From: the human T2T-CHM13v2.0 reference genome, Homo sapiens
Assembly: GCF_009914755.1 (NCBI RefSeq)
Contig: NC_060947.1
Length of the DNA stretch: 64,000 nucleotides
Reading direction: 5' to 3' (one strand)
Shown here: one piece after another, positions 1-16,580 of the stretch
How the letters are laid out: each line of letters opens with the position of its first letter
How positions within the stretch are numbered: the first letter of the stretch is position 1
Position numbers and translations under genes: made by a program
The notes under the pieces: model-generated
Databases searched by the model: none
What the model was told of the DNA's origin: nothing
What the model saw: only the letters and a program-made list of their open reading frames with translations

Positions 1-250
1 CTATTATACCACTGATTTTCAAATTTTTTCATAAAAGCAGAATCTTTTTTTCAAACAAGGTTTCTCATGGAAACCTAATACATAAATAAACACACAAACA
101 AAAAACAGAATTCCCTTGGTTGAAGCATAGGTGAAGGACCTGGTACCCTATACACTAGGTCCTTCTTAATAACAGCTCCTTTCTTAATAACAGCTGACAA
201 TATTCTGTGGCCAGCATTGAGCTAAACACTTGTGAAAGGAAAATAAATCA

Positions 251-513
251 AGATCTCTTGAGCTCAGGAGTTCGAGACCAGTCTGGCCAATGTGGTGAAA
301 CCTCGTCTCTACTAAAAATACAAAAATTAGCTAGGCTTGGTGCCAGGCGCCTGTAATCTTAGCTACTCAGGAGGCTAAGGAAGGAGAATCACTTGAACCC
401 AAAGGCAAAGGCTGCAGTGAACCGAGATCTTGCCACTTCACCACTGCATTCCAGCCCGGGTGACAGAGTAAGACTCCGTCTCAAAAGAAAAAAAAAAAAA
501 AAAAAAAAAAAAA
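251..513 (+). mobile_element. Alu (AluS-like), 5'-truncated, with poly(A) tail
   Basis: Alu consensus motifs (caggagttcgagaccag, tactaaaaatacaaaaattag, cactgcattccagcc) and A-tail at about 483-513. Confidence 0.95.
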
Positions 514-1131
514 AGGAGAGAAAGAGAGAGAGAGAGAAAGGAAAAGAAAAAATCCACCACACTACCTTCATACTTAGTCAATACAATAGAATACATCCTT
601 CCCATCAATGCCACCCCTTCACCATGGCATATTTGTCCATATTCATTCTTGCCTTTGTGCCTTTGCTTATGCTGTTCTCCTACCTGGAACATCCTACCTG
701 TTCAAGTGATCTAAACTGTCCTCCGTCCTTCAAAATATGCTCGAATCTCACTTCCTTCAGGAAGTTTCCTCCTAAAACCTGAGTCCTCAGTGACTTCCTT
801 CTTCTTTGAAAACCTGCATATGGAGTCTGAATTACATACTAAGGTTTTGCATTATTCTCCAATGCAGTGATTTGCAAATTGTATTCCAGGAAGCCATAGG
901 ATTTGTTAGGGATGCCTCAGACACTTCCTGGGAAGAGATAGGGAGCCAAGCAGACAGGACTCCAGGCTTCCAGGCTTGACACCTTGTTCTGCTAAAAGCC
1001 ATTTATTTTATCTGTTTTTCAGATATGGCTTTCACATAAAATATTTTATGAATAAAGGGTCTGTTAAAATCAACAACAAGGTAAAAGTGTAAACATCTGC
1101 TGCTCCTTTTCAAGATGTTTTACCTCCCAAA

Positions 1132-1214
1132 TATTAGGCTGAACCACAAGAAAGTGTCATTTGTATAGGTCAATAGCCGTCAGATACCAACAATTTTTGT
1201 GGTTCAAATTCATA
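1132..1214. mobile_element. MADE2-like mariner MITE (~80 bp)
   Basis: Imperfect terminal inverted repeats tattaggctgaaccac...gtggttcaaatttcata; length and sequence resemble MADE2 (recall). Confidence 0.65.
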
Positions 1215-1754
1215 TTCCTGTTGTTCCTGAATTGTCCAGCACAGGTTGGAAGATAATCACAGAAGGCTTTAAATTGAATCTGTAGTGGCAACTGGATCCT
1301 ATTTCATGTAGGCATTTGTCTAGGCAACTATTGGAGGATCAGTAGAAAGAGCTGGGAGGAGATGAGACACACATATACTGAAAATGATGGTTCGGGCCAG
1401 TGAATATTCTGTGGCCTCTGAAGCCATTTCATTTCAGCTGCTAAGTGAGTCTTAAGCTATTTGAAGGGCCCAATTAACCCAGAAATAGGTCTGGGAGCAT
1501 GGTGTTCCCTGTAAAGGCAAAACCATTGAAATATGATGCTCCACATTTCTTAAAAGTGGTCTCCGAATATTCTGTTCCAAAGGCATATTTTGCATAATGC
1601 AGCTGGGTTATATGAAAAAAAAAAATAGATTTTTTCAGAAGTCCTTGGGGATGGTCTCTTTTGTTTTCATTAGATTTGCATAAGAAATCATTATTTGCCC
1701 AAGTTGGAACTGCCATTGCAAAGGGCTTTTTACAGAAGCGTGATCTTTTTCCCT

Positions 1755-3520
1755 TTTTTTATTATTATAGTTCTGTGGTATATGTGCAGAACGTACAGGT
1801 TTGTTACATAGGTATACACCCATCAACCCATCATCTAAATTAGGTATTTCTCCTAATGCTATCCCTCCCCTAGCCCCCCACAACCCAACAGGCCTAGGTG
1901 TGTAATGTCCCCCTTCCTGTGTTCATGTGTTCTCATTGCTCAACTCTCACTTATGAGTGAGAACATGTAGTGCTTGGTTTTCTGTTCTTGTGTTAGTTTG
2001 CTGAGAATGATGGTTTCCAGCTTCATCCATGTCCCTGCAAAGGACATAAACTCATCCTTTTTTATGGCTGCATAGCATTCCATGGTGTATAAGTGCCACA
2101 TTTTCTTTATCCAGTCTATCATTGATGGGCATTTGGGTTGGTTCAAAGTCTTTGCTATTGTGAACAATGCCACAGTAAACATATGTGTGCATGTGTCTTT
2201 ATAGTAGAATGATTCATAATCTTTTTGGTATATACCCAGTAATAGGATTGCTGGGCCAAATGGTATTTCTAGTTCTAGATCTTTGAGGAATTGCCACACT
2301 GTCTTCCACAATGATTGAACTAGTTTACAGTCCCACCAACAGTGTAAAAGTGTTCCTATTTCTCCACATCCTCTCCAGCACCTGTTGATTCCTGATTTTT
2401 TAATAATCGCCATTCTGACTGGTGTGAGATGGTATCTCATTGTGGCTTCGATTTGCATTTCTCTAATGATCAGTGATGATGAGCTTTCTTTCATATGTTT
2501 GTTGGCTGCATAAATGTCTTCTTTTGAGAAGTGTCTGTTCATATCCTTCACTCACTTTTTGATGTTTTATTCTTGTAAATTTGTTTAAGTTCTTTGTAGA
2601 TTCTGGATATTAGCCCTTTGTCAGATGGATAGATTGCAAAAATTTTCTCCCAGTTCACTCTGATAGTTTTTTTTTTTTCTTTGCTGTACAGAAGCTCTTT
2701 AGTTTAATTAGGTCCCATTTGTCAATTTTGGCTTTTGTTCCCACTGCTTTTTGTGTTTTAGCCATGAAGTATTTGCCATGCCTATGTTCTGAATGGTATT
2801 GCCTAGGTTTTCTTCTAGGGTTTTCATGGTTTTGGACCTTATGTTTAAATCTTTAATCCATCTTGAGTTAATTTTTGTATAAAGTGTAAGGAAGGGATCC
2901 AGTTTCAGTTTTCTGCATATGGCTAGCCAGTTTTCCCAGCACCATTTATTAAATAGGGAATTCTTTCTCCATTGCTTGTTTTTTGTCAGGTTTGTCAAAG
3001 ATCAGATGGTTGTAGATATGTGGTCTTATTTCTGAGCCCTCTGTTCAGTTCCATTGGTCTATATATCTGTTTTGGTACCAGTGCCATGCTGTTTTGGTTA
3101 CTGTAGCTTTGTAGTATAGTTTGAAGCCAGATAGCATGATGCCTCCCAGCTTTTTTCTTCTTGCTTAGGATTGCCTTGGCTATGTGGGCTCTTTTTTGGT
3201 TCCATATGAAATTTATAGTAGTTTTTTTTTTCTAATTTTGTGAAAAAATTCAATGGTAGCTTGATGAGGATAGCATTGAATCTATAAATTACTTTGGACA
3301 GTATGGCCATTTTCACGATATTGTTTCTTCCTATCCACGAGCATGGACTGTTTTTCCATTTGCTTGTGTCCTTTCTTACTTCCTTGAGCAGTGGTTTGTA
3401 ATTCTCCTTGAAGAAGTTCTTCATATCCATTGCTAGTTGGATTCCTAGGTATTTTATTCCTTTGTAGCAATTGTGAATGTGAATGTGAATTCACTCATGA
3501 TTTGGCTCTCTGTTTGTCAT
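1755..3520 (-). mobile_element. L1PA, 5'-truncated (ORF2 C-terminal part + 3'UTR)
   Basis: Minus-strand ORFs 1940-2551, 2708-2998 and 3098-3430 are L1 ORF2p pieces ([18 protein letters not shown] knuckle); T-rich tail at about 1755. Confidence 0.95.
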
Positions 3521-4129
3521 TACCTCAGTCAGTATTTAGCAATTGCTAAGGAAAGTATTGACTTTCAAAGGATTGCAGACCTCTTTGTGCATGTAGAGTA
3601 CAAACTCCTGTATTCTACTGATCCCTTTACTGTACCACAAATTAAGACCCAGCTCTCAATAGTACTAGCTAAAGCTATGCTGCTGCCAGGCCACCAGAGG
3701 GAGGACAAGTACAGAGCACTACATTTTCCCAGCTGGAGGAGAGAGGAAGTATGAAGAGCCAGAAAAACAACCATTTCCAAAATTTTGGAAAAAAATTTCC
3801 CCTAAATTTTGTCAAGGATCCTCACAAGATCCCATGTGGTGGGCAGAGCATGTGTATGTCTAAATCTATTTAACCAATGAAGAATGGATCTCAGGGAGGT
3901 GAAGAGACTGAGCATCTTTCCCAGAGGCTTCTGAATTTCTCCAAAGAAGCAGAAGACAGGATAGCCATGGAAGGAGTTGGGAAAGAGCTTGCTGACTAGG
4001 TCTCTTCAGGAAGAAGATATAATCTTGCATATGGGAGCTAGAGTTGGCAGGGCTCAGGAAATACTCCAATCCCAAAGAATGCCTATAGAGTGAGGTTCAA
4101 GAATTGAGGTATACAGGAACAGAATTTTT

Positions 4130-4340
4130 ATGATGGAGATAGGCAGATCTGACTTAATATTTGTGGTGCTATGAGCTAGATGTGTAACCTCAGACAAGTT
4201 ATTTTTGCCTCTCTGAGACTATTGTCTCACTTATAAAATGGGGCCAATACTACTAATCTCATGCAATTATTTTGTGGACAAAAAGTTCAATGTATGTGGA
4301 GTACCTTGCAAAAAGTAGGCATTCAGTAAATGATGGCTAC
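4130..4340 (+). mobile_element. MIR fragment
   Basis: MIR core-like tgtgtaacctcagacaagttattt...ctctctgagact...ataaaatggggccaata. Confidence 0.6.
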
Positions 4341-4558
4341 TATCGTGCAAGCACCCAGCAGCCAGCAGAGTGGGATATTTCAGTAGGTCCTCTCACACAG
4401 AAACCTGGGCCGACTGGGCTCCTGACACCAGGGAGGGGAAAGAACTTGCCAGGTATTTTGACTCCCATGTCTGGGCTCTTTCTGCTGCTCTGAGGGAGGT
4501 AATTACATTAAAGAGGCTCTGTTTCTGTGTGGTGCTAACCTTAGTTGCTGAAAGGAAC

Positions 4559-4958
4559 TGAGAAAAGAAAAGAACTCTTGTCTGAGGAATGCAAGTCCTT
4601 TCAGATTATCGGGCCCAGAGAGACATTCAAATGAGACAGCAATCATGTCCTACTCCTCCGTTTGAGCTATGTATTCATCTCTTAAAACTGCTCACTATTG
4701 CCACAAACAGCTAGAAACTAACCTAATAAGGCAACATCAGACACTATGACCTACACCCCATAGCTTAACAATGTTATTAATACTATTTCTGTAAAACATT
4801 TTATACAAATAATCAGGCCAAATAAAATATTATAATTTATTTTACAAATAAATTACTCCTGGTAAAATTTATCTGTAGTAAAAAAAAGACTGAAAAAATA
4901 TGTTTTAAAACACCTATAGTGTACCTGTTATTTAATTCTAGCCTTGTCCATTGTTTTT
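4559..4958 (+). mobile_element. ERV1 (MER4-group) LTR/internal fragment; continues after the L1 at about 9780-9920
   Basis: tgagaaaagaaaagaactcttgtctgaggaatgcaagtcc... resembles MER4-group LTRs; the sequence resumes across the L1 TSD. Confidence 0.5.
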
Positions 4959-4973
4959 AAGTTTCATTATTTG

Positions 4974-9764
<4,791 letters not shown>

Positions 9765-10144
9765 AAGTTTCATTATTTGCCTACTTCCTGACTATGAGTC
9801 TCTTAAGAAAACCTACATTTCATTTTCTTCATGTTTTTAATTGACTCCTCAATAGAATAGTTTTTTCGTTCTAACATACAAATGTTCTTTTTGTTATAAT
9901 CCACATATGTAGTTGTTTTACTTCATAAAAAACTAAATTCATAATACTCCAAAGATTCTACAAGCAACAACAGCCATAAATCAGTAACTTTGACAGGACT
10001 ACCCAGAAATGTGCCTTCCTGGCAATGAGAGACATCTCAACACTCAAATTTTGATCATCAATATGAATATTTCAATCTGGTGAGAGCTAAAGAGAAAATA
10101 CAGAAGGGATGCAGAGTATAGATCTGGATCAGTGGGATTCATAA

Positions 10145-10802
10145 TAATAGCAGCAGGAGGCAGCCAAATGCCTAGGCAGATGGGTGAGTCCCCAGTGAAA
10201 CCCCATCTCCAGGCAGAAAACAGTTTAAAGCCTGAAAGCCAAGCTAGAAGTCAAATCCACGAACCGGATTGAGAACATGTCTCCCCTTTTGACATGCTTT
10301 CCTCTGATTGATTCCCACTCCTCATCTATTTTACATTTCCCTTCCCTTTCCTAGTTGGTTTTCTACACTGTCATGTCCACCTTTGAGTGGTGTCTTTACC
10401 TTAACCATTTCTGAATACTCACAAACCAATCAGTGTGCACTCCTCATTCTGAGTCCATAAAAAAGCCTCAGACCCAGCCACACTGAGAGAAAAATTACCC
10501 GATTACGGGGATGGGGGACCACCCCCCGTGTCCCCTCTCTGCTGAGAGCTGTTCTGTGGCTCAAGAAAATTCTTCTCTGCCCATCTTCACCCTTCTGATT
10601 GTCGGTGTAACTTCATTCTTCTTGGATGTGGAACAAGAGCTCACAAACTGCAGAATGTGGGTACAATCTATAACACAGGCAGGCCAAGTAAACAGTGTGC
10701 CTCCAGGGGCAGGCCTGAGGACAAGCAAACCCCCAGGCATGGGGGCATTGCCATCCATGGAGGTCCCTGGTTGGCAAAGTGGCTGAGAAAAATCCTGCAT
10801 CA
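10145..10802 (+). mobile_element. Solo ERV1 LTR (LTR1/LTR27/LTR28/MER52-like)
   Basis: Ends ...gagaaaaatcctgcatca; 4-bp TSD ataa at 10141-10144 and 10803-10806; CCAAT and TATA-like internal motifs. Confidence 0.75.
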
Positions 10803-11059
10803 ATAACATATGCATCACATGTTCTTAGGCAATACTAGATATTAGGTATCAAATGCCTACCCTTTGCCAGGCATTCCACATACATTATGTTTTTCTCTTC
10901 AAGAGAATTATAAGTGATAAGTAGTATTAAACTTTATGTGTGTGTGTTTGTGTGTCATATTCAAGTAATTCAGTCAGTGGGCCAGGAGTGAGTGAAATGA
11001 GAATTGTGAGCCGCACCATGGTGTGGAGGGAAGAATACTTACAGTCTTCTGGTAAGATC

Positions 11060-11988
11060 TATATTTTTTAAGTTCATATTTTGAATTGGTAAAAAACACT
11101 AATAACATAAATTCAAGCTATAAAAATATATATAGTGAATAGAAAGATTCCCTCCCTCCCCTGTACCTAAGTCACGCCAAATTCACCTTCCTGGAAAAAA
11201 TCACTATTATGGTTTCTTAAATTTCCACACAAATGATAGCATACCTATAACATGCTGCTTTGCATCTTGCATTTTAAACTTACATTATTCTGCAAGAGCA
11301 AATAGAGTTCATACTTGTCAATGGCTGCATAGTACTCTGACATACAGATAGATGTACTGTAATTTATTTAAAGAGACCCCTGATAGACATTTAGATTGTT
11401 TATAAACTACACTTCATTGAATCTCCTTGTATATCCATAATATGCAAGTATATCTGTGAGATAAATTCCCACAAGTGGAATTGCTGGGTCAAGGGATATG
11501 CACATTAAAAATCTTGATATAGACAAAATGCCCACTGTAGAGGTTGTTCTTGATTTATATTCTCACTGGCCATGCATAAGAATGACTGTTTCTTTATATC
11601 CTTGCTAATACAGTGCTTACAAACATTTTCATTTATGCCAATATGATAGGTGAAAAATGATATAGCACAGTTTGATTTTGCTTTCCTCTTATTATGATGA
11701 GACTATAAGCATCTTTTATATATTTAAAAGACACTTGTGTTTCCTTTTGTATAAACTGTTCTATTAATATATTTTGCCAATTTTTTTGTCTCTGAGTTTT
11801 TGGTCTTATTCCTATGACTTGTAGGAGCTTTTGTTTTTTGAGACAGGATCTAGCTCTGTCAACCAGGCTGGAGTGTAGTGGTGCAATCTCTGCTCACTGC
11901 AACCTCCACCTCCTGATCTCAAGCTATCCTCTCACTTCAGCCTCCTGAGTAGCTAGCTGGGACCACAGGCCCATGAATCATGTCTGGC

Positions 11989-12024
<36 letters not shown>

Positions 12025-12585
12025 GTAGAGACAGGGTTTCACCATGTTGCTCAGGCTGGTCTTGAATTCCTGGGCTCAAGCCATCTGCCCAACTCAGCCT
12101 CCCAAAGTTCTGGGATTACAGGCATGAGTCACTGCCCTAGGCCGACTTTTAGGAGCTTTTTAAACAGAAAATTAGCCATTTGTGATAAGAAAGTTGCAAA
12201 TATTTATTGTTGCATTTTGCTTTCTGTTGCCATGCAGAAAATTTGAATTTTATAGAGTCAAATTTATCCTTTTTTTTGTGTGTGATTTCTGGGTTCTATG
12301 TCATTGTTAGATTGATTATTAAAAATGTATTTAATATTTTATCTTATAATAATAACTTGTTTTACACTTAAGTTATTGATCCATAGGGAAATTATTTTGA
12401 TGTATGACATGAATTAGAGAGGTATATAGCTCTGTTTTTTTCCAGATGACTACTCAATTGTCCCAATGCCATTTACTGCAATTTTTTTCTCTACTGATTT
12501 GAAAAACCACCTTTACCATGTATATTTGAATTCCCATGTGTATTTGAATCAACTTCTGAACTTTCTATTCTGTTCTAATTTATCA
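11060..12585 (-). mobile_element. Old L1M (L1ME/L1MC-like) 3' fragments, interrupted by an Alu
   Basis: Degenerate L1 3' motifs (atggctgcatagtactc, aagtggaattgctgggtcaaggg, ccaatgccatttactg). Confidence 0.7.
11829..12143 (-). mobile_element. Alu (AluJ-like) with expanded middle A-rich linker
   Basis: Reverse Alu consensus; ~33-nt T run at 11991-12023; TSD gactt(g/t)taggagctttt. Confidence 0.93.
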
Positions 12586-12589
12586 GACA

Positions 12590-12760
12590 GTCCTGGATGA
12601 GTCCTGGCCCTGTCACTTCTGTCTGTGTGAGTCTGGGCAGACTACAATTCTTACCAAGTCTCAGTTTTCTCATCTGTGAAGTGGAAGATCACTTACCTCA
12701 TGGGCTTGTAAGGAATGCAAGAGATAACAGATGGGAAGATGCTTTGTAAACTGCAAATAC
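12590..12760 (+). mobile_element. MIR fragment
   Basis: gagtcctggccctgtcacttc...tctcagttttctcatctgtgaagtgg. Confidence 0.65.
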
Positions 12761-13567
12761 CACACAGTTGAATATTATGGGAACTGTATAGTTGGAGAAA
12801 AAAATGTTAAGAACTAATTTTTTAATCAAAGATCAAAATAAGCACATCTAGACCCTAAAGAAAGAATCAACTGGATCCTGGCAAAATTAAAGAAAACTGG
12901 GGTCAATTGTAACAGTGAGATAGTACAGTGCTATGACCTAGAAAACACTTAACAGATATTAATGTTTATTATAAGGAACTGTGTATGGATTAGGGTGTAG
13001 GTATATATGTGTGTGTGGTTGTGGGGAGGGTTATAAAGAGCCCAGAAGTAACCCTAGCAGAGACAGATAGGCGCTTGGCAGTCTGTGGGGAGAGGGCCTG
13101 CCATAGTGAGTCAGGAAAGAGAAGGGCAGAAATTAAGGGTTACTGAAAGAACAGATCGAGATTGTTGTTACTGTGCATTTCCCTGTGAAATAAATCCCCA
13201 AAACATATAACATTTGAGCTGGAAAAGACTCAAGAGGTTATCTTCTGCAATTTCCCATTGTATAGGATTTGAAAGTGAATTTCAATAATATTATAAGGTT
13301 ATAGATCTTATGATAAAATATTTTCAGCTTTAATATTAACAATTGAGCACCCAGCAATTCCCATGTGAACACATGTACACCCCTCTGGACTGCACTGGTG
13401 TGAATAAAAAGAGGCAGCCAGTAAAGGGAAATAGGAGAAGGGGAGGGAAGTGGGTAGAAACCCAGTCTCTCAGCTGCTAGCTAGAGGCAGCAGGTGGCTG
13501 GGGCACGGATGGGGGCAGGGCAAGAGTGGAGAGCAGGATGAGTAGTTCAGGCTTCTCACGAAGGAGC

Positions 13568-14048
13568 TATAAGGTCAGCCGAGAGAAAGGAAGAGTAGAC
13601 CCAAAGCCAGGCGAGTAAGTTTATTGAACCTGCCAGGATGCTCCACCACACTCAGAGGAGACAGCCCTGAGCTTACAAAATGAGGGGTTTGTATTGGGGA
13701 GGGGAGTTTGGGGCAGTTCTTTGGTATGGCCGCATTACGGGCTTGTTTGCTGGCTAATTTTGCCACATATCACCTTGTGACATTTATGGTAGCAGGAACT
13801 TACAGAAGGGTGTAGGTAAAGTTTGTTTATGTTTCCCATGACCTCCCCCTGTGTGGTCTGGATGGTTTGTAATTGGGGTTTGCTTATTGCAGCAAGGTCT
13901 GATAAGTGAAGTCTGCTGGCTTCACTGTGGTGCCTTGATAAGGGGTTAGAAATGTAAAGTGGCTTGGGGGAAGGGTGGACAGTGCGGAGAGGTTTGGGGA
14001 AAGTGTCTGCAGTACTAAGAAGCTTTTTGGGGCCATCTGTCCCTAACA
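13568..14048 (-). mobile_element. Solo ERV LTR (481 bp), antisense, just upstream of the Shisa-like ATG
   Basis: Minus strand starts TGTTAGGGACAG; AATAAA on - at about 13621; perfect 5-bp TSD ggagc at 13563-13567 and 14049-14053. Confidence 0.8.
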
Positions 14049-14165
14049 GGAGCCACCTGAGACCTGCCCTGGGCTTCCAAGCAAGACAAGCTGTGGCTAA
14101 TGGGTGGCTGAGCAGTGCTGGGCGATCAGAGCCATGTGTGTGGGAGGGTGTCTAGGCCACTTGTT

Positions 14166-14474
14166 ATGGGTAAGGCTCGGCGGTCTGGTTTGAGGCTGCT
14201 ATTCCAGGCCAGTGTCCTGCTGCTGGCTATGCCCAGAGGTGCCATGGCTCAAGGTGAGTTCTGGATGGATAGTACCTGGTTATGGCATGGAGGCTTCCAG
14301 TGCCCAGAGGGAGGTGATAAGCCCAATACTACTTTCTGCTGTGGGATACATAATCTTCATTACTGTTGTACCACCTTCCAGGCTCGGCTAGATCAGGGAC
14401 AGTCTCCAGAGGATGCACCTTGGCACTCCGATGAGGCTATGATCACATCTCCAGAAGCTAATCCTGGGGTTGAG
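14166..14474 (+). pseudogene. Shisa-family (SHISA1/2/3-type) exon 1: signal peptide + degenerate Cys-rich Shisa domain; probable SHISA1 unitary pseudogene
   Basis: Kozak gttATGG; MGKARRSGLRLLFQASVLLLAMPRGAMA|QGEF-WMDSTWLWHGGFQCPEGGDKPNTTFCCGIHNLHYCCTTFQARLDQGQSP matches Shisa GEYCHGW-D--G-W--GFQCPE--D----T-CCGSC-LRYCC----ARLDQG-C; ends at GAG|GTGAGT donor. Confidence 0.85.
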
Positions 14475-14589
14475 GTGAGTAGCAGAGGGGAGCTAAGACT
14501 GTGGCAGGGGAGGGAGATGTCTTCTTTCCACTGGGTTCATGTATTGGTGCCAGGGGAATTCAAGGTAGTTGGCATGGTAAATGGAGGGT

Positions 14590-14760
14590 CAGATGACCAA
14601 TGTTGGAACTCCAATTCCACCCCATCCCAACTGTGTGACTTTAGGTCAGGCACTTTGCTTCTCAAAACCTGCTTCCTCAATAGCCTGCTACTTATATCAT
14701 GTTGGGATGGAGCTATGAGGAATCAAATGTTTTCTATGAATTACAAAAGTCTTGTTATAT
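14590..14760 (+). mobile_element. MIR fragment (in the predicted Shisa intron)
   Basis: ccaactgtgtgactttaggtcaggcactttgcttctcaaaacctgcttcctc. Confidence 0.55.
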
Positions 14761-15931
14761 CTCAGAGGAAAGTGCTTCGGGATAGTCTTGAACCCAGCAA
14801 CCTAGGTCTACCTTGGGAAGTCAGACCCCAAGACCCTTTGCCTCATAATTTTGCTTTCAAATGTAAGTGTTTGTCAGGCAGGGGTTTGGAATGCTCCCAC
14901 AGTCCACCTTCACCTGAGCTATTGGGGAAGTATGGGACTCCCTGTCTAGGAGAAGCAGTTACTCATCAGATTCCCTTTACCCACTAAGGTGTGTTCCTGA
15001 TTGGTCTCAGCTTGAGATAAATAAAATATCATTTATTTGCTTATTATTGAGCACCTACCCTGTACCAGACAGCAGAGACCCCATGCTGAAAAGTATTGCC
15101 TTTGCTTCCCCCTCCCTTTGAGGATGTGTTGGGGAAGAAAAGATTTTGAGAATTGTGACAGGGACAGGACTTCGAGAAGGCTTGTCTGACCCTTCTCCCT
15201 TCAAAGCACTTTAAAACTCATTTTTCTTGATTGGACAACATTTTTGTGCTTCTGAGCCCACCTTGGGGCTCTCTCCCTGCCCTCCTCATTCCTGTTTGTC
15301 TTCCCTGTGCTCAAATAGCCTGGATGTCCTGGGACTCTTGCAAGCAGTACTCCCCAGTCCCCAACCCCAAGGCTACCCTGGAGGCTTTGCATTTCTTTGG
15401 GCCTAGGATGGCCTTCGCCAGAAAAATTAATACCCATGGAGGCATCAGGGAGCTCAGTATCAGATTTCCTCCAGCCCAACATGTCCTCTGTATAGTGTCT
15501 TCACTACTCAAGTCCCTAGATCTGAGGGCTTGGAGTATCCAAAAGTATTGGAAAGGGCCAGCAGGCCTAGGGGGACCTGGACCACAGCCATGTGTGGCCT
15601 AGTGTAAAACAGGTCTAACCCCTGCTTTGCAGGATGGCTGAGGACTAAAGGAGACCATACATGTAGCATTGTGCCTGGCACATACATATTTTAAATATAT
15701 ATGATAATGTCTCCACTGCCTACTGGTGTCCCCTGAGGTTCTACTATAAACTGCCCGACTGGCTGGCTGAACTCCCCTTCCAGGGTCACTTCTGAAGTGA
15801 AGAAAGATCCCTCCTCTAACCCACAAAGCAGAGCAGAGGTGCTCATTTAGACACCTGCAGAGCCTGTCCCACTTGGTAGGCGGAAGTACCAAGAAGTACT
15901 TCCTATTTTCCCATCCTATTTTCCCTCACAG

Positions 15932-16036
15932 ATCCCACCTCTTCCAGAATGTATCCTCATTTCTCTTACTCTGCCACCCTTATTCCTTTTGCTTGGAACT
16001 TCCATTACCTCTGTCTGTTGTCTCAAGAGTCAGTAG
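15932..16036 (+). pseudogene. Candidate Shisa exon 2 (TM segment + juxtamembrane CC), truncated
   Basis: Pyrimidine tract + cacag acceptor (15901-15931), in phase 0 with the 14474 donor; reads IPPLPECILISLTLPPLFLLLGTSITSVCCLKSQ*. Confidence 0.5.
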
Positions 16037-16061
16037 AACACAGTGATTAAGAAGCATTTAA

Positions 16062-16580
<519 letters not shown>

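Noticed and set aside
393-782. Lys/Arg-rich and poly-Phe ORFs (also at 11980, 19302, 48342)
   Set aside because: Translations of Alu bodies and poly(A)/(T) tails.
14115-14987. 290-aa ORF as a single-exon gene
   Set aside because: Starts at a non-ATG codon. Shisa similarity ends at the 14474 donor, and the remainder reads through intron and MIR sequence.
15231-15602. 123-aa ORF with a hydrophobic N-terminus inside the predicted intron
   Set aside because: Non-ATG start, no Shisa-like LG..CC pattern and no recognisable family.
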